Assembly: GCF_006345805.1 (NCBI RefSeq)
Contig: NC_043001.1
Coordinates: forward strand, 134,230,001 to 134,294,000
DNA length: 64,000 nt
From: Octopus sinensis
Taxonomy: Eukaryota
Reading direction: 5' to 3'
The position numbers and the translations under genes are program-made. The notes below the pieces were generated by a model that did no database searches, was not told the origin of the DNA, and saw only the letters and a list, made by a program, of their open reading frames with translations. Positions 24,419-37,040 of this stretch are shown one piece after another; positions within the stretch are counted from its first letter, which is position 1, and every line of letters begins with the position of its first letter.

Positions 24419-26399
24419 GTTAAATTGGTTTTATACCTCTTGTCCTTTGCCTCAATCCTACTCTACAGCATTATCCTGAAGAATTTGTCACACAACACTA
24501 GAATACTACAGAACATTTGAAACGGATGACAATAATACATCCAATTCTACCTTAAGAATTTCTTTACTCATGAGGCAACAGTAATGTCTCCAGGAAAGCA
24601 GCAACCCTTACTTTGAGAACAATTGTGGAAGCTTCAAAACAGCTTTAACTAAATAATGACCAAATAACCTTAATAGAATTATCCTAGACATTACCAAAAA
24701 TCTAAATTATATTCCAGCTAAGTTGTTATAGTGAAAACCATTATCATTCTCAGGTATGATTTAAAAAACACTTTGTTGAGCCCATGAACACTGATAAATA
24801 TAATTTTTCAGTTATTTATAATGTTAATTTTATTGTCACACCTATTTGGTTGGCTACCTGTGCCTTTAGAGCTAACAATGAAGCTATACAGCTACAACTT
24901 GTAAATATCAAGACCCACTGAGCTATAAATACATATCAAAGTAACAATACACATTAACACAAGTAACAATGTTATGCCTTCTGTTTACTTGTGTAAACTT
25001 ATGAATTTGTGGATTTGTCGAACCTATATTAACACGGTACAGTAGATGAATGAAAAGGAAATTAAATATATTAATTGCACTCTCTTCCTTGGTCCACACA
25101 TACATTTCAAAGGTCAATTGTTTGTAGGAAAGCAACATAGCTGAATGAAACTGGTACTTTATAGATTCCAGACGAAGGGGAGGTCAACCCCTTGCTGATA
25201 CTGACCAAAAAATATAAAGCAATGAAAGCTGAGCAAAATTTTTAGTAAAATGCTGTGCTGTACCACTTCCATTATATGATGCTGTACTGCATCAGTTACT
25301 TCCACAAGCCTAAAGTATTTAGTAAGATGATGTACTGTATGTACTACACAGTTTTACTGACCTAAATATACACAAACAAGCTTTCTAATAAAAGTATACT
25401 GACATAGATACAAATATTATAGATTGATAGTTTTTTTTTTCCTGACATATAAAGTCTGCAGAACGAATTTCAATTTCTGGACTAACCATTTCCTTTTATT
25501 AGATTCTGTACAAAGAACTAAGCTTAGTGACTTAACCCTGACACATTCAAAGACAGCTCCCCGTGATTCCAACAATCCAATGAATGGGAAGGGACATATT
25601 TCTTTGATTTTTCAGTCAGACTTATGAAAACACAGGAAAGTACATTTGGTAGAATACTGCTCCAAAATAGATCTGTTGATAGAATTATTGTGAGTGAGGA
25701 CTTTCATTCAAAAGATTCCATAGAAAAATGTAAATTCTTTATTTTCCCCCAAAATTTTACTTTTTTTTATAAAAAATCTAAAACCACTTAGGCTGAGAAC
25801 AAAAACTGTCAGTGGGGAAATTAAAATGATTAAGAAGTTCTTTAGATTTAAACTGTGCCATCTTGAATCAAAAAGAAACAGCCATATTAAATAAATGGCC
25901 ATAATAAATGTTAGATAATTTTTTTAATGAATTTTAAATATTATTCAAAAGAAAAATTTCAAAAAAAAAAACCAACAAAAAAACATACCTATAGATACAG
26001 AATACACAAATGAATGTCTGCTGCTGCTACTGGCATTTAATTAGTGGAAATACTAGTATCTACCTATCTAGATTACACAATTACCAAGCTCCAACTACCT
26101 ATAGGAATTAGTTCTAAGTTATTTCTTAGCAGTTACAGTTAAACTGTTTTAAAACAATAAAAATACATAGCAGTATGGTTACCAATTTGGACAAAATTAG
26201 GCCATTGCCTCTACTTAAACTTATTTGAAATATGGATGGATTTTTTTTTCCTTCTTTTTATAGAAATTATATCTTATCTTTATTTTTAATATTTTTCAAT
26301 CATTTTTACATTGTATTCAAACATTTGATAAATGCTGGAATAGGGGTTTCATTTTAACCCTGAACACTCAAGCAATTAAAACTGGAACACATATATATA

Positions 26400-26445
26400 C
26401 ATATACAAATGGAACACATAACACACACACATATATATATATATG

Positions 26446-26506
<61 letters not shown>

Positions 26507-26562
26507 CATACAACATTTTACACAAAATTCAGTACTAAAAATATTTACTTTCTATATATATA

Positions 26563-26593
<31 letters not shown>

Positions 26594-26965
26594 GATTCCA
26601 CCAAAATAGTGAAGAAATTTTAGATTCAGCTGACATTTCTGCAGAATGATAGCTTCATTGTAGTTTTTTTTTACATTTTTTTTTTACATTTCTTTCATTT
26701 TTTTTTTAATAGAATGTACTCTGATACAAAATAGAGAATATATTCTTTTATAGTGTAGCATATTATATATACTAAAAGGTGGCAGAAGACAAACAATTGA
26801 AATATCTAGTTATTTCTTGTAAATGGTTATGCTAGCAACATTGTTGGGGGAGACAGATATTTCAGGAACATAGATAAAAACTATAAGACAGCAGTAGGAA
26901 ACTGTGAAAGATGGAAGAAGTAATAGAATGTTTGTTTGTTTGTTTGTTTGTTTGTGTGTGTGTGT

Positions 26966-27012
<47 letters not shown>
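26400..27012. repeat. Microsatellite cluster: (TA)n 26433-26503 and 26555-26592, (TTTG)n/(TG)n 26930-27012
   Basis: Direct reading. Confidence 0.95.
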
Positions 27013-27014
<2 letters not shown>

Positions 27015-27145
27015 ACGTGCACACACACGTGTAAAGAGAGAATAGGAGAGAAACTTTCATTTTAAATAAATATCAAGTGAAAATATTACTTTAAAATAAT
27101 TCAGCAGCCATTTTAGACAATAATAATAATAATAAAATTAATAAC

Positions 27146-27180
<35 letters not shown>

Positions 27181-27181
<1 letters not shown>

Positions 27182-27663
27182 TTGGAATTGACATAAAAGC
27201 AGAGCAGGCTCAAAATAAATGCTCTGCTAGGAGCAGCTAGGATTTTAAGATTGGTGTTTGGGTGTTCAGTGTCTTCCATAATAAATTAACATCCAGGTAC
27301 CAAAGCTTATAATTTGCAGAAAAGACACTGTGAGACCTACGACAACAGGTTGCTGTCTGCTCTCCCATTATCAACCAGAGCAAGTAAGACAGAGCTCTGA
27401 GAAGTATAATAATAATAATAATATAATAATAATAATAATTTGGAATTGACATAAAAGCAGAGCAGGCTCAAAATAAATGCTCTGCTAGGAGCAGCTAGGA
27501 TTTTAAGATTGGTGTTTGGGTGTTCAGTGTCTTCCATAATAAATTAACATCCAGGTACCAAAGCTTATAATTTGCAGAAAAGACACTGTGAGACCTACGA
27601 CAACAGGTTGCTGTCTGCTCTCCCATTATCAACCAGAGCAAGTAAGACAGAGCTCTGAGAAGT

Positions 27664-27690
<27 letters not shown>
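27181..27690. repeat. 258-bp tandem duplication bounded by (AAT)n tracts
   Basis: Units start tttggaattgacataaaagc at 27181 and 27439; the unique parts look identical. Confidence 0.92.
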
Positions 27691-27696
<6 letters not shown>

Positions 27697-28628
27697 TATA
27701 ATCTCTTTAATCACACCCAATCCCATTTGTTTGATTCTAGAGAACCTAATGCTTCAAAACAACTTTTGGCCATAAATATATCTTCTTTGAATCTAAATCC
27801 TTCTAGCAATGTGACCCCCCCTTTCAAATTAAATATACCTGTGTTCTGATGCAGAAAAAGATTTGGAGTTGTGTTCCTGTATTTAATAAGATACACACAC
27901 ATTTAGAATGTATATATATGTATATCTTTATTGTGTGTGTGTACTGACAAGGCTTTCACTACAATTAGACCTGTATATCAAAAAAAGGGAGATAAAAACC
28001 CCTAACTGCCATTTGTCCCAAGCAACTCTTACAGTGCTCCTCTCATCCCCTTTTGTTGCTAAGGTCTTGCTACAAACCCCAAATGTTACCCAACTAAATT
28101 TTACTCTGAAATAACTAACAGTCTTTCCATGAAGCTCTCTCTCTCTCTCTACCATCATTCTCTTTTATAAAGAGCTATTCTTCTGCTTTAAGAATTATTA
28201 TTCATTGCAGAATCAGCAAATGTAAAAGAAAAAACAGAAATAAATCAATAAAAACTGATCATAATCTCCCACCACTAAAACACCAATAATTATATAAATC
28301 ATACATTTGGCATCTCCTCTTTAACTAGCAACACTAGCAGTATTATAAAATATTTCTTGTAAATGGAAGGCTTTGAAAGAACTACGATACTAAAAGTGTG
28401 GCACATCTTTTTGAAGTTAGAGTAGAGAATTAAATTTGACCTATTAGAGGTATGATGATGCAGGGCTTGAAAAGGTGCTGGATTGCTGCCTTAAAGGTCA
28501 TGGTTTCTAAAACCTGGCACTAGCACTGCATACCACTCATAGGCAAGGCACTTTACTCTGCTTGCCACAGCCATCTTAACTGAAAATAGATGCTACTCTC
28601 ATTTCAATAGAGAATTATTAACATTTCA

Positions 28629-28692
28629 GCGGTGGTGCCCCAGCATGGCCGCGGCCTTCGGGCTAAAACATTTTTAAGGATTTTAAGGATTT
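28629..28692 (+). mobile_element. Isolated retroposon 3' tail (family C-like stem-loop, (tttttaagga)2 end)
   Basis: gcggtggtgccccagcatggccgcggccttcgggctaaaac. Confidence 0.65.
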
Positions 28693-29156
28693 CAAAGAAA
28701 TATGTAAGTTTGTGGACCTTTCCAACGTATATTAGGATGAAAAAAAATGGATAAAAACTATGAAAAAAGAAAGTTTTGATACAAATTTACTCTAAATGAC
28801 GATGAGGCTACTAAGAATTTGAGAAGTTTCTTTCAAGGCCCACAACTCAAAAACTCTCTCGTTCTTACAAATGATTGAATAATCTACGTAGATGAATATT
28901 TACAATAGATAAACAGTTATGACAAGCTCAGCTTTAAATAGGTCACAATATACATACATATGTGTATGCACACACACACACATACATATTCTGCTGATGT
29001 AGCAAAAGAATACAATCATATTGCCTTTCTGATAAGAAATATCTTACTAAAAATTAGGATCTGTGTTGCAAACAATGTTTTCTATAACTAAATTAAGATA
29101 ATATTGCCATCATTTTGACTGTCCATGTCTCAAAGAATAAGTTGCTTTTAACATGT

Positions 29157-29575
29157 TTAACCCTTTCATTACCAACCCGGCTGAAACCGGCTCTGGCTCT
29201 GTTGTACAAAATGTCTTGTTTTCATAAGTTTTGAACTGAAATCTTCCACCAAACCTTAGTCACAATTTATGTTCCTAACACTAGCTTAATGATAACTAAT
29301 CATCATCATCATTGTTTAACGTCCGTTCTCCATGCTAGCATGGGTTGGACGGTTCGACCGGGGATCTGGGAAGCCAGAAGGCTGCACCAGGCTCTGGTCT
29401 TATCTGGCAATGTTTCTACAGCTGGATGCCCTTCCTAACGCCAACCATTCCATGAGTGTAGTGGGTGCTTTTTACGTGCCACCTGCACTGGTGCCAGTAA
29501 ATTCTTTGTTATATTTAAAATTAACTGAAAGACACACAGAGCATCTCAAAATAAATACAGTAACAAAAGGGTTAA
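29157..29575. mobile_element. piggyBac-like MITE family 2 containing an RTE 3' insertion (29300-29497, minus)
   Basis: TTAA|CCCTTTC...AAAGGG|TTAA; an uninterrupted sister copy is at 42472-42699. Confidence 0.85.
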
Positions 29576-29919
29576 TGTAATGAGCCAAAAACTGTAAAAG
29601 GATGATACTAAATGATGGTATTCTCCTTTGCGGTCATTCTCTCATTGCAACTACATCTCATTTGAAAAGCTTGAGTAGAAATAACTAACGAATACTCCCC
29701 ACCCAATTCTCATTACTAATCTAATTTTTAAATGTAGTTAATTGAAACTGGGATCATTTAGTAATTAAGGCATCAGGTTGTGAAAGAGAAGAAACAATTA
29801 ATCTTAGAATAGTATATATTAACTATACAACCAGCCAACATTATCTTTTCTGTTTTTCAGGATCAGAATATTTCAATTCTAAAATTTATTGTTGGTTAGT
29901 TTCCCACAAGTCTTTATAA

Positions 29920-30045
29920 CAGACATGGGCAACCTTTTTCAAGAAGCGGGCCACATGAGACATGACTAACCATCAGGTGGGCTGCACTACTAGGAAACTC
30001 CTGTGGGCTGCATGCGGTCTGCAAACCGCAGGTGGCCCATGACCG
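29920..30045. mobile_element. Short hAT-like MITE
   Basis: Imperfect TIRs cagacatgggcaacc / ggtggcccatgaccg; 8-bp TSD ctttataa / ctttatat (7/8). Confidence 0.65.
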
Positions 30046-31867
30046 CTTTATATGCTAACAATATTTTAAGCAGCTGACATATATGAAATGAGAGCATAGA
30101 GGACCAAGCTGATAGAATACCAGACAGCTGGACAAGAGCCTGCTAATATCACTGGGTTTGTGTTTAGCCCAGCGTAACTAGTTGATAACAGATACCACAA
30201 AGTAGGAATGACTTTCCACAGCAAGCAATAAAAGCACAAAATTAAAAACTAATGAGTGCTTTACAATTTGTAGTGTTGAGGTCAATACCATCATAAACTA
30301 AATCAAAACACATTTCTTATCCATTCAATGAAACACAAAGTTTTTTGGAAGGTCATCCCACTTACATCATTTCAATGAAATCAAAGTATTAAATACATAT
30401 CATACCCGAGCTTGCTGGAGGCCCCAAAAATTTAAGCTTTAAAGATCCTAAAACAGTGGAGTGAGAAATATATCAGGCACATGACTAGGAACTGGAATTG
30501 AATGAGAATTTAGAAATCTAATTTTATTTTATAGACATTTTCAAAAGTTTATTAGTCGATATTTTGTTACACAGATTACATTACTTCCTTTAAAATAAAC
30601 TTAGACATATTCCCCTATTTTCACACAGATCTGGACATGTTTCAAACGATTGTGAATTTTTAAACTTTTTTAATACTAGACATAAGACACATACCTGATA
30701 ATCAAGGTATTTGATGACAGGTTGACTGTTAGTTAAAGCCAGCTCTGTGGCTGCCTTTATTGAAATAAATTGATATACCATTAAAACAGGTACAGCCATT
30801 TCTTATGAAAAAAGTTTAGACTAAATCCAGGAGTTACATCAGAAGATTTTTCTAATTCAATCCTAACCAAAGGAAGTATGTAAAAAAAATGACACCTGAA
30901 AATAGCTGCAGAATATATTGATGGGAATACTTGACAAAAGCTGAGTTTAATAGAGCCATCAGAATCTACTAATTCCAGCCAGTGGCGGAGAAAAAGAAAT
31001 GAAAATCAGTTTTGAATTTTTAATTGCAGTATATTTGTAAGAGAAATTTCAAAATCTTTCAAATAATAATGAATCAGTGAGGTAATACTGAAGTGTTGCA
31101 AATTCATCCTAAACAGTCTAATAATTTAAACTGTAAGTTGGCATCCATATTAAGGCCCCTAAGGAGTTATTGTTTCATGAGTGAAATTCATAAATAATGG
31201 AAATGTATAAAATAAAAAGTGTGTATGTATATGAATGACTTCTTTACTCACCATTAACACTGCCCTCTAGCAAGATTTCTAAAATCTTAAACTTAACACC
31301 AAATGGGAATTACCAACTAACCTCCAGTAAATTATAAACATTTACTTCAATAATTCTGGTAATTTTTGTATGAAGCTCTTTGGTTTTTCAGAATGGTTGT
31401 GGGAATTCACAGAAGTATTATATAAATAACCCCAAGTAGCAAAAATAATCTTAAAAGTTTATGATAAATAAGGACAAATGGCTTCATTAAATTGCTGATT
31501 GCTTTAGGATATGATTGTAGCTTTATGTGAGGTATATTCAGTAAAAGTGAGTAGGAACTGGTCATTTTACTTGATTAATTTATACTATATAGACACTGGT
31601 TGGATTTTCTTGAAGAATCATATAATTCCGAACTTAGTTGACTGAGTCAAAGTTGGTTTTGTATCAAAACCTTTGGCCAGTTTTTAATGGAGATTTTGAA
31701 GCAAAAAACAAAAAAAAAAAAACATTTATACAATACACAAGTAACAAACAAAAAAGAAAAATTACACCAGATAAACAACAACAAATGTTCTTTGGCAGGT
31801 AAGACTAGAACCAGACTAGGAGTTTTTTCTCTCCTAAATCTGTATTGTTCTTCCATAAATTTGACAT

Positions 31868-34207
31868 TTAGAACCATAACAACGACAAGTCTGGTTTAAT
31901 GTCTGCTTGATCAAAGTTATGATATGAGAATGGTTGTGACTGAGTTTCACTGGAGGAACAGAAAAATGGTTCAGGTTTTATAGACATTCCAGAACCAGCA
32001 GAAACACCTGTACCAGTGTTGGTGATTCCAACACTGGCAGCACCAGCAGGGTCATAAAAACTAGACTCCAGTGAGGGTTGGTTATTAATAAAACATGAAG
32101 AGAAATCTGATTTGGCAAATGTATCCCCTTGACCAAAATGTGTGAGAGCTTGGTGATAATGGTCATGAATAGAAGATAAATTAGGTTTAATATCTACTAT
32201 TTCAGAGTTGTTGGAAGTTCTTGACGATAACAAACAAGACTTTTGAGAAGTATTTTGTGTACTGAGAAAACCATTAAACTGCATAAATGACTGGTCTCCA
32301 TTATTATCACATTCAAAGAGATTAGTATCAGGGAGGGATTGTAGAAAGCCAAAGAATGAATTTGAACCTGTTGGATCAGTTTTTATATCCAGCGTATTAG
32401 GAGCAAATGATTTCATGTAACCAAATTGTTTATCAGCTGTGTGATTTCTTATATTATTATAATATGGGTTGGGTTGGATGTTTGGCTCAAGAGATGGACA
32501 GATGGATAGATTTGGTTTGACATCAAGTTCATGTTGATTATTATAGCTCACAGATAAAGGTAGACAAGGTTTTGTATCAGCTTCATGACCAAATCCATGG
32601 CCATCTTTACAGGACACATCACACTGTTTACATCCATACAGTTGATCTTTGTTGTGCAATTTGTTGTTGCCACCGTATGAACAAGATTGATTTTTGGTGC
32701 TACTTAAAGAAATATTTTGAGATTTCTTCAAATTTTCATTTTGTCCATTAAAAGAACTTATCATACCAGGAGAACTTTTTTCATCTTTTATGTTATTTGA
32801 AGTTTTACAATTTTCACATCCATACTTAAATTCTCCATTATGTGTTTTATTATTAATTAATGCACAAGAACTATGGACATGATCAGTACCAGAATTGGAA
32901 GTTAAGTCAGGTTTAATGTAAATCTGACTATTTAAACTTGGAGGTTTGGATTCAGTTAAACTATTTGTGTGACTTGAATTCTTGCAGCGTTCACAATCAA
33001 ATGTCTGTTGCGAAGAAAGAGGTGGATGGTTAATGTAGGTACAAGCTTGGTTCCGGTTGATGTCAGAAGTAGAACACATGGACATTGTTGGGATGTTGGT
33101 AACATTTGTCAAACTGTTATAAGAATTTGAAAAAGGGATGCAATAATTATCACCATTCAGATGGCACATGTGTATTACAGACTTCTCACAGAGTCCACAT
33201 TGAGTAGTCTTTTCTGCTGTATGTCCATGCAAACCTGTATTCATGTAAACAACGTTTTGATTGTCACATGCTGACGACGTTGACACAAAAGTGTCAATAC
33301 CCTCCAGCGATCTTTGAAAATGCCGTTGTAGTTGACATGTTCGAGAAAGAGATTTGTCAAAGTTGTTGCAATCAAATGTTTTGTTTTCATTTTGCAGCAA
33401 CAGCTGTGTATAGTGTCCTGATGAGGTTGGCATATTACAATGAAGGTTACTGTGATGATTAGCAACAGATACAGGTAGTTCTGGCTTCATGTCCATACTT
33501 TGGTTTGTAACCACACCACATGACTTTTCAGTAGACTGGTTGCCAAGGTAACCATTCAACTTGCTTCCATTGTTACACTGATCATAACTCATTGATAAAT
33601 TACTTGAAGAGACACGTTTACAGCAGAGGCTGCCACTTGAAGACTGGTATGGATGTTGCTGGTAGCTAGTACTGCAACAGGACGGTTTGGAATAAACATC
33701 AACAGTTTCTGTTTTGCAAAGGGCTGGGAAAAGAGAATTATCAGCATCGCGATGATGGTGATGTTGTGTTTTTATGTGGCAATTTAAATCTTGAGGTTGA
33801 TTGAATGATTTACTACAACCACTGCATTCTCTGCCACTGTTGTGGATACTGTTACAAGTGTCCCCATTGGGCACTGTTGAATGTGTTCGCATATGGACGG
33901 TCAGATTACCCGATCGAGAAAAGGTCTTGCGACAGTGACAGCACTCAAATTTCTTTTCTCCTGTGTGAGTGCGTACATGTACACGCAAGCTGTCAGAGCG
34001 AGAGAAAGTTTTTTTGCAGAATTTACAACAGAAAGGTCTCTCACCGGTGTGAATACGCGTGTGAACAGTGAGAGTACTGGAGTCAGAGAATCTCTTCTTA
34101 CAATAGCTGCACTCATAAGGTTTCTCCCGAGTATGAGTGCGAATGTGACGTGTTAGATGACCAGAATGATTGAAGGTTTTCTTGCAGTATTTACATTCGG
34201 TCATCAT
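31868..34207 (-). CDS. C2H2 zinc-finger transcription factor, 779 aa, single coding exon (4 tandem fingers, 1 isolated finger, long low-complexity tail)
   Basis: Longest ORF in the window. Four C-x2-C-x12-H-x3-H fingers with HTREKPY/HTGERPF/HTGEKKF linkers (aa ~5-109) and a fifth finger CSGCSKSFNQPQDLNCHIKTQH. ATG in an AAA-ATG context with in-frame TGA/TAA just upstream, so the start is defined. No orthologue recognised. Confidence 0.93.
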   Translation of the reverse strand: MMTECKYCKKTFNHSGHLTRHIRTHTREKPYECSYCKKRFSDSSTLTVHTRIHTGERPFCCKFCKKTFSRSDSLRVHVRTHTGEKKFECCHCRKTFSRSGNLTVHMRTHSTVPNGDTCNSIHNSGRECSGCSKSFNQPQDLNCHIKTQHHHHRDADNSLFPALCKTETVDVYSKPSCCSTSYQQHPYQSSSGSLCCKRVSSSNLSMSYDQCNNGSKLNGYLGNQSTEKSCGVVTNQSMDMKPELPVSVANHHSNLHCNMPTSSGHYTQLLLQNENKTFDCNNFDKSLSRTCQLQRHFQRSLEGIDTFVSTSSACDNQNVVYMNTGLHGHTAEKTTQCGLCEKSVIHMCHLNGDNYCIPFSNSYNSLTNVTNIPTMSMCSTSDINRNQACTYINHPPLSSQQTFDCERCKNSSHTNSLTESKPPSLNSQIYIKPDLTSNSGTDHVHSSCALINNKTHNGEFKYGCENCKTSNNIKDEKSSPGMISSFNGQNENLKKSQNISLSSTKNQSCSYGGNNKLHNKDQLYGCKQCDVSCKDGHGFGHEADTKPCLPLSVSYNNQHELDVKPNLSICPSLEPNIQPNPYYNNIRNHTADKQFGYMKSFAPNTLDIKTDPTGSNSFFGFLQSLPDTNLFECDNNGDQSFMQFNGFLSTQNTSQKSCLLSSRTSNNSEIVDIKPNLSSIHDHYHQALTHFGQGDTFAKSDFSSCFINNQPSLESSFYDPAGAASVGITNTGTGVSAGSGMSIKPEPFFCSSSETQSQPFSYHNFDQADIKPDLSLLWF

Positions 34208-34855
34208 TTTGGAAAGTTACTCTCAGAGTTGACAATAAAGCTGTTGGTATAATTTGATTGTTGGTGAATGTGAGATGGGTGGAAAACCACTTGAAAATAT
34301 ACAGATGGACAGCATGAGTGGGAAGTTTTACATTTTGACAAAAATGAAAGTGTGCTCACAGAATTTTCAATGAAAGGATTAAATAAATAAATAAATAGAT
34401 GCCACCAGTTGCAGCTCATTAAGAAACTTTTCTTTATGCAGCAGTGATGTGTAAATATACATATAAAAAAAGGAATAAAATGGAATGGGTTAAAGAAGGC
34501 AAACTTTGCCAAGTGTTAGAATAGATACCAGTTGTCAGTATAGGGAATACTTCTGAAAACCACAATCTGGATGAAACAGAATGCATATTAGCTGCCACAT
34601 TATACCACTGGAATGGTAAGATGGCAAATTCCAGAATATGATGTTCTTTCATGAAGTAGTATAAATTTTCAGTTTCTTGGAGAAATCATTCAGCTATGAT
34701 GAAATATCAAAGTCACCTGAAAAAAAATCCAATAAAATGAAATTAATAATTTTAATTTTAATAAAAGCTTGCATGAAAACAATTTCAAAATTCAATAAAT
34801 TAATTCAAGTACATTACAATAAATAATTTATTTCACTAATCTCCCAGTACTCCCA

Positions 34856-35048
34856 TGCTCAGAGTTGCTGAAGCATGGAATAAACTGCCTGCGTCAGTTG
34901 TTGGTTGACTGCCATGACACTGCATCCTTTAAGGCCCTCATGCTTTCCGAAATCCGCCGAAACTACACCTGATTATATATACACTTTAGATGAGTTGTAG
35001 TGCACCTGAGCACTGTACACAATTATTATTATTATTATTATTATTATA
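34856..35048 (+). mobile_element. CR1-group LINE extreme 3' end with (ATT)n tail
   Basis: Reverse complement of 2056-2245. Confidence 0.85.
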
Positions 35049-35094
35049 CTCACCACCTCTCAGTTGGGTTTTTTTTTGTCTTGCAATTACTAGG

Positions 35095-35313
35095 GACCCT
35101 CTCAATGCTGGTGCCATGTAAAAAGTATTGGTGCTGGAGCCACATAAAAAGCATCCAGTACAGTCTGTAAAATGGTTGGTATTAGGATGGGCATCAAGCA
35201 GTAAAAACTATGCCAAAACAGACAATGGAACCTAGTGTAGTTCCTGTCCTTGCTAGCTCTTGCCAAATCATCCAACCCATACTAGCATGGAAAACAGATG
35301 CTAAATGATGAAG
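35095..35313 (+). mobile_element. RTE 3'-UTR remnant, diverged
   Basis: ggttggtattaggatgggcatc...ccatactagcatggaaaacagatgctaaatgatga. Confidence 0.75.
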
Positions 35314-35619
35314 AATCTATTTAGTTGATAAAACAACCATTTTAATTTTCTAATGCTACAAATAAGAAAATTTAATATTCATATTTTATGATTTCAAAAA
35401 TTTTTTATACATACATTTTTGGCAAAAATTAAAGAAATTGCTATAAAAATTATCTTGCATTTTGAAGGCAATGTCCATTTTCCATCATGGAAAACATGCT
35501 AAATGATGAAGTAGAACTTAAGTTTGCTAGTCACTCGCATAGTTAACTAGGTGATACAGGGAGGTGTCATACTCAATGACTTACGTAGCAATATCATCAA
35601 CAACCACAAGAGCAAAGGA

Positions 35620-36640
35620 GGTACTCTAAAGAGAAGCAACTACAGAGGTATCAGACTGATAAGCCAAGTTATGAAAGTTCTTAGCTACGTGCAAACCACT
35701 CTAACCAGTATTTGTTTGATTTGAAGAAGATCTTTCACAGAGTATCATGCTCTATAGTCTATCGGTCTTTAAGAAAACTAGGAATAGATGGCTGGCTTGT
35801 GAGAGATGAAGTCATGTACAGACATACTTTGAGCAAGGTGGGAAATAAGTGGAGTGAAGAAATTAGTGTGCAAGTAGGAGTTTATTATAGTTCTCCAAAC
35901 CATAATATGGAGTCCATGAGAACTTTTATATACTATTGATCTCATTCTTATAGCAGAGTTTATGATAGGTAGAAAAGAGGCCTCAGTAAAACTTAGCAAA
36001 GACTGAAGTCTTCAGAAATAGGAGAGAAGACAGGGCCCTGCTGCCATGAGAGAAATGGTATACTGGTCAAAGTTCAGATTAGGAGTAGTTATGAATTCCA
36101 GACAATGTACACAAAATGAAGCAAGAGGTGAAGTGGGATCACAGGTAGGCTGACAGAGAAAACCTTATATATGGCAGATATAGAGGAATAGTTTGCAGTT
36201 ACAGCATTTAGTAAAAATATTATTTCTGTTGCTCAGAAGGTTCCATAAATGGAGTTGACAACCTCTGTGAATTAGATGATCTAATCAACAGGGGAGTAGG
36301 TTGCTCAGAAAGTATAGTAACTAGAACAAGGACAGACTGATAGAAGTTCCAGGAGCTATTATCTCTGTTGGCAACAAAGGGATTTTCTCTTCAAGTAAAA
36401 GATAGATTGCATGATGCCTCCGTATAAAGTGCAATGATGCAGAGGATGTGTGAAAACTGCAAAGAAATGAAGCAAGCAGGCTCTGCTGGATATGTAACAT
36501 TAATGTGTTTGAATGAGAAATCAAAGATACATTGAGAGAGAAATTGGTATAAGAGTAATCAGATGTGGTGTGTAAGAGACCGTACTGCTTCAGTCACATG
36601 ATGTGTATGGAAGATAGAAGTTGGGTAAAGAAGTAAAAGG
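35620..36640 (+). mobile_element. Decayed RTE-clade LINE
   Basis: Relics of NYRGIRLISQVMK, FDLKKIFHRV...RKLGIDGWLVR, VQVGV; many disruptions. Confidence 0.6.
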
Positions 36641-36811
36641 AGTTCCTTGAGGAAGGAAAGAGGAGGAGAGGAAGATAGAGGTAGAAAGGGGAAAGTCAAT
36701 CTCAGGATGTTGGACCTCGTGAAGGAGATGAGAGGAGCATCACAAATAGTAAGACACTTTTTGAAGAAGAAACATTAACCCAATACAAGCATAGACAGGT
36801 TAGTGTAAAAA

Positions 36812-37040
36812 GGCGGCGAGCTGGCAGAAACGTTAGCACGCCGGGCAAAATGCTTAGCGGTATTTCGTCTGCGTTACGTTGTGAGTTCAAATTCCGCCGA
36901 GGTCGACTTTGCCTTTCATCCTTTCGGGGTCGATAAATTAAGTACCAGTTACGCACTGGGGTCGATGTAATCGACTTAATACCTATGTCTGTCCTTGTTT
37001 GTCCGCTCAGTGTTTAGCCCCTTGTGGGTAATAAAGAAAT
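36812..37040 (+). mobile_element. SINE family A, full length with TSD
   Basis: 15-bp TSD aggttagtgtaaaaa at 36797-36811 and 37041-37055. Confidence 0.93.

Noticed and set aside
34204-34512. 102-aa ORF whose stop overlaps the ZNF ATG (ATGA)
   Set aside because: AT-rich, Phe/Ile-biased and without homology; it probably spans intron sequence upstream of the acceptor.
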